A DNA stretch of 32,000 nt from Scandinavium sp. (GTDB lineage Bacteria; Pseudomonadota; Gammaproteobacteria; Enterobacterales; Enterobacteriaceae): the NCBI GenBank assembly GCA_036495715.1, contig DASXML010000051.1, forward strand, positions 38,745-70,744, given 5' to 3'. Both the position numbers and the translations under genes were made by a program. Numbering within the stretch: the stretch's first letter is position 1; each line of letters opens with the position of its first letter. The notes under the pieces were generated by a model. That model was not told the origin of the DNA and did not search any database. It saw only the letters and a program-made list of their open reading frames with translations. Positions 24,112 through 32,000 of this stretch are shown piece by piece.

Positions 24112-24891
24112 ATGACGGCTCTCGCAGCGGAGTTTTTCACTTTGGATGAAGTTAACCGACTCAAGATTATTCAGGACGTCATCGACCGGCGTCTGACAAC
24201 ACAGATGGCAGCGCAGCGGCTTGGGATATCCGACCGTCAGTGTCGCCGTCTTCTTGCGCGTTATCGTGAAGATGGTCCACTTGGCATGACCAGCCGTCGC
24301 CGTGGTAAAGCAAGCAACCATCAGTTGCCTCAGGGACTGGCCGCATACGCGCTGAATATTATTCGCGAACGCTATAACGATTTCGGGCCGACGCTGGCCT
24401 GTGAAAAACTGTCTGAGGTTCATGGAGTTCATCTTTCAAAAGAAACAGTTCGCAAACTCATGACTCAGGCCAGTCTTTGGGTCCCACGCAAGTACGACAA
24501 AGTGCTTTACCTGATTGAAGACAGCGAATTCAGTCGTCGGGCGATTGGAAAATACATCGATGTCTGGCATTACCCTGACGGACATAAAGAGCTCCGGCTT
24601 AATGGCGTATCACTTCCCTACTCCACCTATGACAAGCTTTCTGAAATCGATCAGGGGGCCATTGTGGACAACAAACGTCTGGGGCGGGCTCTGGAAATGG
24701 CGCAACTGGTTCAGGCCGAGCGCGATAACAACCGGTCCCAGTCCGTGCCAGCTGGAGATGGCCCTTCACGCAGGCGTAAAGCGCCTACGACGAAGAAATC
24801 CCAGCGTTCCCTGGATCAGGACGATATGTTCAATGCACTGGTGAAACTTCAGTCACGCTCTGAAGAAATATTTGGGAAAAAGCAAATTTAA
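24112..24891 (+). pseudogene. ISNCY-type transposase with an internal deletion (no catalytic core)
   Basis: The N-terminal HTH part (LTTQMAAQRLGISDRQCRRLLARYREDGPLGMTSRRRGKASN...FGPTLACEKL) joins directly to a C-terminal tail (YPDGHKELRLNGVSLPYSTYDKL...IVDNKRLG). It is 259 aa versus the ~450 aa I expect. TATAAT at 24091-24096 and TAAGGA upstream. Confidence 0.65.
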
Positions 24892-24914
24892 ACCCCTGAA
24901 TTATATCAGGGGTT
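24891..24914. terminator. Bidirectional hairpin terminator between convergent genes
   Basis: AACCCCTGA (24891-24899) pairs with TCAGGGGTT (24906-24914). A T-rich tract follows on the minus strand. Confidence 0.6.
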
Positions 24915-24922
24915 TCCTGCCG

Positions 24923-25300
24923 TCAGATTTTTTCCTGATTGACCCGTGCGGAGAGTTCCTGATGGCTTTCTTTCCTTTCGCTGTAGCGGTCGGCAAGATA
25001 ACCTGCGTGTCCTTTCAGGAGTAAGGTAATTTTGAATAATTCTTCTGTAACGTCCACAATCCGGTCATACCAGGCTGAAGGTTTCATGCGTCCTTCTCCA
25101 TCAAATTCCTGCCATGCCTTTGGCACTGACGATTGGTTCGGAATGGTGCACATACGCATCCAGCGGCCAAGTATCCGCATCTGATTTACCGTATTAAATG
25201 ACTGCGAGCCGCCGCAAACCTGCATTACGGCCAGTGTTTTGCCCTGGGACGGACGAACAGCATCTTCACTCAAGGGAACCCGTGCGTACCCAATTAGCAT
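24923..25300 (-). pseudogene. C-terminal fragment of a flavodoxin-like-fold NAD(P)H dehydrogenase (quinone)
   Basis: The sequence from [16 protein letters not shown] onwards resembles the second half of Flavodoxin_2-type reductases. The N-terminal nucleotide-binding part is absent and there is no convincing start. Confidence 0.45.
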
Positions 25301-25504
25301 GGTATCAATTCCAGTAAGTCACCTGATTTGAGTATAGATGGAAAATGAATACTGGAATGAGATGGTGTAATCCTGCATCGCGGGTTGCAGACCACTAAAT
25401 AATGAGGCGACGATGGGTCCACAAAACGGTCGTTTTATGGAAAATAAGTGTAGCGGCATTCAGAAGCAGAAGATCCCATTACATGAGATCTCCCGCCCAG
25501 GTAT

Positions 25505-25714
25505 TTAATTGCTCAGTTCTGCTGTCATATATACCCGGTTTTTATACAGGGCACTGACGATTTTATAGGACGCATTTTCACTGGCTGCCTGTTGAGCCAC
25601 TTTGGCCTCTGCACCTTCGAGCGTCGAATCGGTCACACTGACAGTTTTGGCGAAGACGTTAGCACTCATAAAAGCAAGGGCAGATATTAACGCAATACGT
25701 TTAGCTGAAAACAT
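25505..25714 (-). CDS. YdgH/BhsA/McbA-family (DUF1471) small periplasmic stress protein
   Basis: 69 aa with the signal peptide MFSAKRIALISALAFMSANVFA, then VSVTDSTLEGAEAKVAQQAASENASYKIVSA, which is typical of the family. Confidence 0.8.
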   Translation of the reverse strand: MFSAKRIALISALAFMSANVFAKTVSVTDSTLEGAEAKVAQQAASENASYKIVSALYKNRVYMTAELSN

Positions 25715-25836
25715 GGAATAACCTCACAACATTATGATGACATGCATACCAGACCGCTTCCGTTATTCACGAAAGTGGCTGGTATGGCATATATTATTTC
25801 AGGAAATAATCACTAAGTGGCTACAGATTTGGGTAA

Positions 25837-26577
25837 TTAGAATTCTTGGCAAGTTGGACGCAAAACAATTTCGTTGATATCAACATCAGAAGGCTGTTCG
25901 ATGGCATAGGCGATCGCTCTTGCAACTGAATCAGCAGAAATAGCTTGTTTATAGAAGTCGATGACGAAGTTTGAACTGTCCTGGTCAGAACTCCCCAACT
26001 TCAACTCACTGTCGATGGCTCCAGGACAGATAGTGGTTGTGCGAATATGCGCCCCCACTTCATGACGCAGACCCTCAGAGATAGCCTTAACAGCAAATTT
26101 GGTGCCGCTATACACCGTGCCGCCAGGGCTGAATACCTTGATACCTGCAACCGACGCCAGATTAATGAAATGACCGGATTGCTGCTTTTCGAAGACTGGA
26201 AGGGCTGCCGCAATACCATAAAGAACGCCTTTGATGTTGATATCAATCATGCGATCCCACTCGTCGGTTTTGGCAAGGCTTAGTGGAGCTATCGACATCA
26301 GGCCCGCGTTATTCACCATCACATCAACACGGCCAAAAGCTTCAATGGCTTTGTCGATAATATTCTGGACATCTGCTTTACGTGTCACATCAGCTTCAAC
26401 AGCAATAGCTTTGCCACCGTCAGCAATAATTTGGGCAGCCAGCTGATCAAGACGCTCCTTGCGGCGAGCAGACAGCACCAGAATAGCCCCTTTCTTTGCC
26501 AGATTCAGGGCTGTAGCTTCACCCAGTCCACTGCTCGCACCTGTAATGACGACAACTTTTTTATCGATATTATTCAT
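25837..26577 (-). CDS. Short-chain dehydrogenase/reductase (SDR)
   Basis: Contains TGASSGLG (cofactor motif), NNAG and YSGTK (the YxxxK catalytic motif). Confidence 0.9.
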   Translation of the reverse strand: MNNIDKKVVVITGASSGLGEATALNLAKKGAILVLSARRKERLDQLAAQIIADGGKAIAVEADVTRKADVQNIIDKAIEAFGRVDVMVNNAGLMSIAPLSLAKTDEWDRMIDINIKGVLYGIAAALPVFEKQQSGHFINLASVAGIKVFSPGGTVYSGTKFAVKAISEGLRHEVGAHIRTTTICPGAIDSELKLGSSDQDSSNFVIDFYKQAISADSVARAIAYAIEQPSDVDINEIVLRPTCQEF

Positions 26578-26713
26578 TGTATTAGCCTCTGAAATGAATG
26601 ATTACTCTCTGAACGGGGTTAAGTATCGCAGCGCGAAATGGCATAATAAATGGAAATTAATACCTTTCAGAATTCCTAAATGTGGAATCACAAAGCCTCA
26701 AGGAACTGCTACG

Positions 26714-27613
26714 ATGCAAAACAAACTGGAGATGCTGCGTATTTTTTGCGTGGCTGCCGAATCACGAAATTTTAAAGAGGCGGCGACATTACTGGGGATT
26801 TCACCCCAGGCTGTCACCCGGGCAGTAAAGGAACTTGAAGAGCAACGGGGAGAGATTTTATTTTACCGGAGTACCCGACAAATAAAGATAACCGCAGATG
26901 GGGAACGTCTTGCAAAACAGGCGCGCCTGGCAGTCGACTCTCTCGATTCACTGTTAGTAAAAGGCATTAAGGATAAAACTGATGAAATGCGGGGGACTGT
27001 GAGATTAACCGTGTCTTCGGTATTAGGCCGAAAGCTGGTTGTTCCTGCACTGGCTGAATTTGCGCGTCAGTATCCGGATATCGTGGTGGACTGTGTGCTG
27101 ACCGACTCGCACAGCGATGTGATCGATGAACGTATCGATATTGGTATCCGTTTTGGATTTTTACCTGATAACCGATATGTGGCTCGTGAACTGGCAAAAA
27201 TTCATTTTTACCCTGTCGGTACGCCAGAATTAATTGATAAGGTTGGAATGCCTGCCAGCATCGCTGAACTGGATTCCTATCCTCTGACGGCATTATTCGA
27301 CCATAAGACTGGTCGCTATTGGCCCTGGACGTTTACCGAAAGCCGCAGCTTCATCCCATCGAAACCTCGCTTTATTGCCGATGATCTTGAGGCTGAGTTT
27401 CAGGCTATTCTGGCCGGTGTTGGATTTGGGCATATGCCAGGATTTTTAGTTCTGCCGTGGCTTAAAAGTGGCAAGCTTATTCAGATACTGACCGAGGAGA
27501 CGTCACCAGTCTGGCGGTTATACCTTTACCGCCCTCAGCGTGGGCCAACACCACTGAGGATCAGAGCGCTGTTTGACTATCTTGTAGACGTGCTGGGTGA
27601 ACTGGAAACCTGA
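26714..27613 (+). CDS. LysR-family transcriptional regulator, divergent from the SDR gene
   Basis: ATG at 26714 (MQNKLEMLRIFCVAAESRNFKEAATLLGISPQAVTRAVKELE) is the typical LysR HTH N-terminus. The longer listed ORF overlaps the SDR gene. Confidence 0.9.
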   Translation: MQNKLEMLRIFCVAAESRNFKEAATLLGISPQAVTRAVKELEEQRGEILFYRSTRQIKITADGERLAKQARLAVDSLDSLLVKGIKDKTDEMRGTVRLTVSSVLGRKLVVPALAEFARQYPDIVVDCVLTDSHSDVIDERIDIGIRFGFLPDNRYVARELAKIHFYPVGTPELIDKVGMPASIAELDSYPLTALFDHKTGRYWPWTFTESRSFIPSKPRFIADDLEAEFQAILAGVGFGHMPGFLVLPWLKSGKLIQILTEETSPVWRLYLYRPQRGPTPLRIRALFDYLVDVLGELET

Positions 27614-27635
27614 CCCGAAAGAGGGTCAGGTCTAT

Positions 27636-28636
27636 TCAGACAGGATCAATCCTGACAATGATTTTGCCAAGTTGTTGGTTTGACTCGAGATACTGGTGTG
27701 CTTCCCGCAACTCTTCAAATTTAAAGCATTTATCTATCTGTGGCTTCAGGAAACCAGCCCCCATACCGCTCAGGATAAAACGCTTCGCTTTCTCCCGGAT
27801 GGATGGATCATTCAACACTTCCAGAAAGAGGAAGCCCCGCATAGTGAGACTCTTACGTAATGCGAGTCGCAGAGGAAAAGGCGTTACATCAGGACTCAGC
27901 GCACCATGTATGATCATACGCCCTTTTGCGGACATGGCCTGCGCGATATGTTCAATCTGCGGTCCACCAACAGCATCAAACGCGACATCAAGATGCTCGC
28001 CCCCTAACCGCGAAACAATCGCCTGATAGAGGTCAGGTTCATCTTCGCTGGCTACGACATCTTTCACACCTAAGGCAAGCAGACGTTCCTTTTTCTCCAC
28101 CGTCAGGGTGCTGGCAATAACTCTGGCACCCGCCGCTTCTGCAATCTGAACAGCACCAGACCAACACTACTTGATGCGGCAGTGACCAGCACGGACGCAC
28201 CCTTTGTCACTTCCCCGGCATGCATGATCCCTCCCCAGGCGGTAAGATATTGCATCCACACCGACGAGGCTTCCTCCCAGCTAAGGCTATCAGGTTTATG
28301 TACAATATAGCTTTCAGGGATCAGCAGTTTATCCGCGCAGGTGCCAAAGCGCGCCAGGCTGTCAGAAGGCAGCACTGAAACATTATCTCCAGCAGAGAAC
28401 TGCTTAACACCTTCGCCCGTAGCCAGCACCACGCCAGCACCTTCGTAACCAAGACGAGAGGGAAACACGGCCTTCTCGATGTAAGTACCTCGTCTGAACA
28501 TGGTGTCTGCCCGGTTCAGACCGATGGCTTTCATCTGAATAAGCACCTCACCTGCTGCCGGTAAGGCAACAGGCAGGTTTTCGAGTTCAAGGACGTCGGC
28601 TTCTCCGGTGCAGTTAAAGCGCCATGTTCTCGCCAT
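27636..28636 (-). pseudogene. MDR-family (zinc-type ADH-like) quinone oxidoreductase disrupted by a 1-nt frameshift
   Basis: ORFs 28103-28636 and 27636-28100 are the two halves of one protein. The reading AASSSVGL|AVQIAEAAGARVIASTLTVEKKERL is restored by adding one G near 28156-28157 (a GG that should be GGG on the minus strand). Confidence 0.8.
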
Positions 28637-28643
28637 CAGGCCG

Positions 28644-29639
28644 TTAAATGACATCAATCACAACCTTGATGGAGGCTGAACCATCCTGAACTGCGTGGTG
28701 GGCATCAATGGCCTGGTCGAGGGCAAAATGGCGAGCATCGACGACCGGGCGAATTTTGCCTTCTTCAACCAAACGGGTCGCAGTTTTCAGAACGTCACCG
28801 TGATGCGCCCTACGTTCACCTGTGAGCATTGGCAGAAGAATGAAGACACCCGACAGGGTAGCGCAACGCAGGGATGACGTTGCCAGATTATGGTCACCAA
28901 ATGCTGCACAACTGGTGATATGGCCGTAATAGCGCGTCATGGAAAGTGAAGCATCGAGAACAGGGCCACCAACAGTATCGTAAACGATATCAAAACCTTC
29001 ACCATCGGTGCATTTCTCAATGATGTCCTGCGCGGAAACTTTTGTGTAATCCAGTGGAGTAGCACCCAGCTTCGTAATCAGCTCCTGATCTGCCGTACCT
29101 CCGGTCGCCGACACTTTTGCACCGAGTGCAGCAGCCAGTTGGACAACCATGTTACCTACACCACCGGCACCACCCTGAACCAGCACATGCTGACCAGCCT
29201 GCACATTAGCGTTATCGACAAGACCAGACCATGCCGTGAGGAACGTTAACGGCAGGGCTGCGGCTTCGCGCATGGAAAGGTTGCGGGGTTTGATGGCAAG
29301 CAGGTCCGCATCCGCAGCAATGAACTCAGCCAGTGATCCCTGAAGGCCGCGAACGCCACCGGTCAGGCCGTAGACTTCATCTCCAACACTGAATCGGGTT
29401 ACGCCTTCACCGACAGCAACCACTTCTCCTGCCATATCAGTACCCTGCACAGCCGGAAGCTGAGGCATGGCATACGGAGCTTCTCCAAGACGAATTTTAT
29501 AATCAATCGGGTTTACGCCGCTGGCATGGACACGCACTAAAACCTGACCGGCCTGTGGCTGTGGCACCGGGAGTTCTTTACGGGCAAATATATCATCACC
29601 GAAATTTTCGAGTACGAGAGCAGTCATTGTCTGGTTCAT
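28644..29639 (-). CDS. MDR-family NADPH:quinone oxidoreductase
   Basis: Contains GQVLVRVHASGVNPIDYK and the GGAGGVG nucleotide-binding motif. 331 aa. Confidence 0.9.
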   Translation of the reverse strand: MNQTMTALVLENFGDDIFARKELPVPQPQAGQVLVRVHASGVNPIDYKIRLGEAPYAMPQLPAVQGTDMAGEVVAVGEGVTRFSVGDEVYGLTGGVRGLQGSLAEFIAADADLLAIKPRNLSMREAAALPLTFLTAWSGLVDNANVQAGQHVLVQGGAGGVGNMVVQLAAALGAKVSATGGTADQELITKLGATPLDYTKVSAQDIIEKCTDGEGFDIVYDTVGGPVLDASLSMTRYYGHITSCAAFGDHNLATSSLRCATLSGVFILLPMLTGERRAHHGDVLKTATRLVEEGKIRPVVDARHFALDQAIDAHHAVQDGSASIKVVIDVI

Positions 29640-29816
29640 GTGTATTCCTGTTATGTAATTGGGGGACGGACAGAAGATAACAGGAACAAATCATCCAATT
29701 AATGGCACAGTATGGATTTGATAATTCCATAATTTACACCAATAAAATCCTGTGCTCAGAATGGCTTCCTCAATCAAAGCTGGTCTGTCGTTGGGGTAGT
29801 CCGACTTGTTTTCAGT

Positions 29817-29965
29817 TAATGTGGGTTTGTGAAAATGGAATGCAGGTCGAGAGGTATAAATGCAGGCTCATTTGCATGTATTGTGGGTTTGAGAGCAGCG
29901 CTGGTTGCAGCTAATGTGGGCTGATAATGAGTGGTAAATGCAGGTTTGAGCATTTATAAACGCAG
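29817..29965 (+). repeat. Array of seven degenerate direct repeats (AATGTGGG / AATGCAGG type) phased about 20-23 bp apart
   Basis: Copies start at 29817, 29838, 29858, 29879, 29912, 29935 and 29958. Read directly from the sequence. Confidence 0.6.
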
Positions 29966-30009
29966 GTCGCTACAGTTATGGGGCCATCAATATCATGTCA
30001 ACTCCCGGA

Positions 30010-30035
30010 CTCACAGGCGGCCAGAACCGCCTGTG
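30010..30035. other. Perfect 10-bp GC-rich hairpin TCACAGGCGG-CCAGAA-CCGCCTGTGA, with no U-tract
   Basis: Read directly from the sequence. It lies 43 nt downstream of the minus-strand oxidoreductase stop. Confidence 0.5.
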
Positions 30036-30077
30036 ACCAACGCAAGCAATAAGATTGATCTGGGTTGGCTAGAATGC

Positions 30078-31070
30078 TTAATCTACCGTGACTACAATTT
30101 TACCGAACTGTGCATTGGACTCAAGATAACGGTGAGCTTCAACTATTTCTTCCAGTTTGAATGTTTTCGCAATATGGGGGCGGAAGTGACCGGCACGTAA
30201 ACCATCAATAATGAACGCTTTCGCACGTTCAAGCTTGGCATCATCTGAAGTCACTTCAATAAACTCAAAACCACGAATAGTTGTGTGTTTACCCAGTACA
30301 TGCAGAACCGGAACCGGTGTGGTGTCGTGGCTCAGCGCGCCATAAATAAATACGAAAGCATCCTTACCGGTCGCCTTGACGATGCTCTCGAAGTCAGGTC
30401 CGCCAACTGGATCAAAAACAACCCTGGCTCCTCGTCCTTCAGTGATACGCATCACTTCGGCAGTGATATCTGCCTGGCCGTATTCCAGAATGTGTGTTGC
30501 ACCGGCCGCTTTCAGTTCAGCTATTTTCTCTGCTTTACGAACGATAGCAATCGGTGTTGCACCGACGTGAAGAGCAATCTGCATAGCAGCCAAAGCAACA
30601 CTGCTCGCTGCGGCAGGTAAAATAACGAAATCACCCTTACCCAATTTTGCTATGTCGATTAATGCTCCCCAGGCGGTGACAAATGGCATCCAGGTTACAG
30701 CAGCCAGTGACCAGTCGAGCCCTTCTGGATTTTTGACAACGGCGCGAGCTGGGGCAACAACAAGGTCACCATATAACCCATATTCACCAAACATAAACGC
30801 AGGAATGACACTGACTGCATCACCAATAGCGAAGCCTTCGACACCTGCTCCGATAGCGTCAATTGTGCCCGCAGCCTCATAACCCAGTTTCGCTGGGAAT
30901 GTGGGCTCAATAACGTAACGTCCTGAACGATACATACTTTCAGCGCGGTTCAGGCCCAGTGCATGAACTCTGATACGTACTTCCCCGGCTTTAGGTTCAG
31001 GGGTTGGGACCTCATCAATCTTGAGAACTTCAGGGCCACCGGTCTGATAAAAATGAACAACGCGTGCCAT
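30078..31070 (-). CDS. MDR-family quinone oxidoreductase, a paralogue of the frameshifted copy
   Basis: The N-terminus MARVVHFYQTGGPEVL...GLNRAESMYRSGRY parallels MARTWRFNCTGEADVL...GLNRADTMFRRGTY in the pseudogene. Confidence 0.9.
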   Translation of the reverse strand: MARVVHFYQTGGPEVLKIDEVPTPEPKAGEVRIRVHALGLNRAESMYRSGRYVIEPTFPAKLGYEAAGTIDAIGAGVEGFAIGDAVSVIPAFMFGEYGLYGDLVVAPARAVVKNPEGLDWSLAAVTWMPFVTAWGALIDIAKLGKGDFVILPAAASSVALAAMQIALHVGATPIAIVRKAEKIAELKAAGATHILEYGQADITAEVMRITEGRGARVVFDPVGGPDFESIVKATGKDAFVFIYGALSHDTTPVPVLHVLGKHTTIRGFEFIEVTSDDAKLERAKAFIIDGLRAGHFRPHIAKTFKLEEIVEAHRYLESNAQFGKIVVTVD

Positions 31071-31218
31071 ATCGCACTCCTTTCAAGTTGAGCCTGACTT
31101 AATTGCCAGAACATGAGTGCAATTATTGATGTTTATCGTAAAATAACAATACTACAATCTTTTACACATACTACCCAAAAGTATAGTGTGAATGTTAAAT
31201 GATAAATCCGGAGACAAT

Positions 31219-31581
31219 ATGCCGAAACGACGGAAATATGATGAAGTCCCAACCTGCGCAATGATGGCAACGCTCAATCTGTTGAATGGTCGCTGGAAAG
31301 GGGTGATCCTGTACTATCTTCTGATTAAAGGAACCATGAGATTTAATGAGTTGCATCGGCATTTGCCGGGATGTACCCCACGCCTTCTGGTAAAACAGTT
31401 ACGGGAACTGGAAGAGGATGCTTTCATTATCAGAACCGTTTATCCGGTTGTCCCACCGAAGGTAGAGTATTCCCTCACTGAAGAAGGAAAAACCATTGGT
31501 CCTCTGCTGCTTCAACTCAATGAATGGGGTGAGGGCTGGCTTGAGAGACGGGGATTAAGACCTCAGAACACTTCAGCTTAA
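31219..31581 (+). CDS. HxlR-family winged-helix transcriptional regulator, divergent from the oxidoreductase
   Basis: CAMMATLNLLNGRWKGVILYYL...MRFNELHRHLPGCTPRLLVKQLRELEEDAFIIRTVYPVVPPKVEYSLTEEG is the HxlR signature. ATG at 31219 with GGAG upstream. Confidence 0.9.
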   Translation: MPKRRKYDEVPTCAMMATLNLLNGRWKGVILYYLLIKGTMRFNELHRHLPGCTPRLLVKQLRELEEDAFIIRTVYPVVPPKVEYSLTEEGKTIGPLLLQLNEWGEGWLERRGLRPQNTSA

Positions 31582-31757
31582 GCCATCGTGCGGTGAATCA
31601 GGTGTTGAAAATCGGTGACCAGATTATTCAGGTGGGTACTGGCGTGCGTTACTGGGCGGTGACGGATGATACCCGAGGCCATGAAGGCTGGGGCCTTCGA
31701 ATGAACCTGACGTTCCTCTTTCCAGGAAAATAACATTCTGGGTTTAACTGTCTATTT

Positions 31758-31779
31758 ACGGGCTGCTTCGGCAGCCCGT
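31758..31779. terminator. Hairpin ACGGGCTGC-TTCG-GCAGCCCGT between convergent genes
   Basis: 9-bp stem with a tetraloop, lying 11 nt beyond the stop of the minus-strand efflux gene. The U-tracts are weak on both strands. Confidence 0.5.
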
Positions 31780-31789
31780 GTTGTTAACG

Positions 31790-32000
31790 TTAACGCGGGT
31801 AATTTCCCACCGCACGGTTCACGGCAGCCCATGCGGTCATGACATCACGCTGACTCATGGCCAGTGCCTGTCTTGCCTGGATATTGCTGCGCTGTGCATC
31901 CAGTACATCGATAAAGTTGCTGAGCCCACCATCATATCGCGCCTGGATTAAAGCCAGTGCCTGCCCTGCACTCTCTGCGCGTGTCTGCTGTTCGATAAGC
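31790..32000 (-). CDS. 3' end of an outer-membrane efflux protein (TolC/NodT-family) gene; partial
   Basis: Not in the ORF track because there is no start within the window. My hand translation of the minus strand is LIEQQTRAESAGQALALIQARYDGGLSNFIDVLDAQRSNIQARQALAMSQRDVMTAWAAVNRAVGNYPR*. The RYxxGxxxxxDVLDAQR repeat pattern is typical of OMF proteins. Confidence 0.6.
   Translation of the reverse strand, partial: LIEQQTRAESAGQALALIQARYDGGLSNFIDVLDAQRSNIQARQALAMSQRDVMTAWAAVNRAVGNYPR

Noticed and set aside
24016-24432. 138-aa minus-strand ORF crossing the dif-like site and the IS remnant
   Set aside because: It is antisense to the transposase N-terminus, which has clear family motifs. Its stop lies inside the recombination-site spacer.
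26459-26713. 85-codon N-terminal extension of the LysR ORF
   Set aside because: It overlaps the 5' end of the divergent SDR gene. The canonical LysR HTH begins right at the ATG at 26714.
29702-30200. 70-aa and 89-aa plus-strand ORFs in the repeat-containing intergenic region
   Set aside because: They are Cys/Trp-rich translations of repeat DNA. The second runs antisense into the oxidoreductase gene, and neither has an RBS.
31582-31757. Short open stretch after the HxlR gene (…GDQIIQVGTGVRYWAVTDD…), possibly a gene remnant
   Set aside because: It is too short and I recognise no family. It cannot be distinguished from random sequence without a search.
1-32000. CRISPR arrays, tRNA/tmRNA genes, rRNA, retron-like or integron structures
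   Set aside because: By eye I found no regularly spaced identical repeats with unique spacers, no cloverleaf-like GTTCxAxxC T-arm contexts and no reverse transcriptase or integrase ORFs. This was a visual scan only, so short ncRNAs could have been missed.

Overview
This window looks like an enterobacterial chromosome at the replication terminus, because a 28/28 match to the E. coli dif site lies at 13483-13510 (minus orientation). There are four blocks. (1) 1 to about 13.3 kb holds the late region of a tailed prophage. It contains a translationally coupled head module (scaffold-like, Ig-domain decoration, capsid, connectors), sheath-like and tube-like genes, a tail chaperone with an A9 slippery site opening a -1 frame that runs into the tape-measure start, and the tape measure. 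An AT-rich membrane-protein moron and two small ORFs follow, then a lambda-type lysis cassette (holin, R-like transglycosylase, Rz with embedded Rz1). No baseplate or fibre genes are present. Three accessory genes close the block: a possible Acb2-like nucleotide sponge, an antidote-like HTH protein and a DUF29 protein. (2) 13483-24031 is a roughly 10.5 kb dif-integrated filamentous (inovirus) prophage, i.e. a Xer-exploiting element. It carries a full minus-strand morphogenesis operon: RstA/Rep_trans-like initiator, gene V-like ssDNA-binding protein, minor coat, major coat, pIII-like, Ace/pVI-like, Zot/pI-like and its own pIV secretin. It also has a divergent small-regulator module and a forked inverted pair of dif-like sites (23937-24031) resembling the folded ssDNA attP of CTXphi. 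A two-gene cargo sits at the position that ctxAB occupies in CTXphi: a 789-aa protein with an M23-like N-terminus and a GH19 C-terminus, plus an AT-rich secreted 154-aa protein. This element and its cargo are the most interesting system in the window. (3) 24.1-25.3 kb is decayed DNA, with an internally deleted ISNCY-type transposase and a 5'-truncated flavodoxin-like reductase. (4) 25.5-32 kb is ordinary chromosome. It holds a BhsA-family protein, an SDR and LysR divergent pair, three paralogous MDR quinone oxidoreductases (one frameshifted), an HxlR regulator and the 3' end of an outer-membrane efflux gene. One intergenic region there carries an unexplained phased repeat array. All family assignments come from motif-level recognition; no searches were run.
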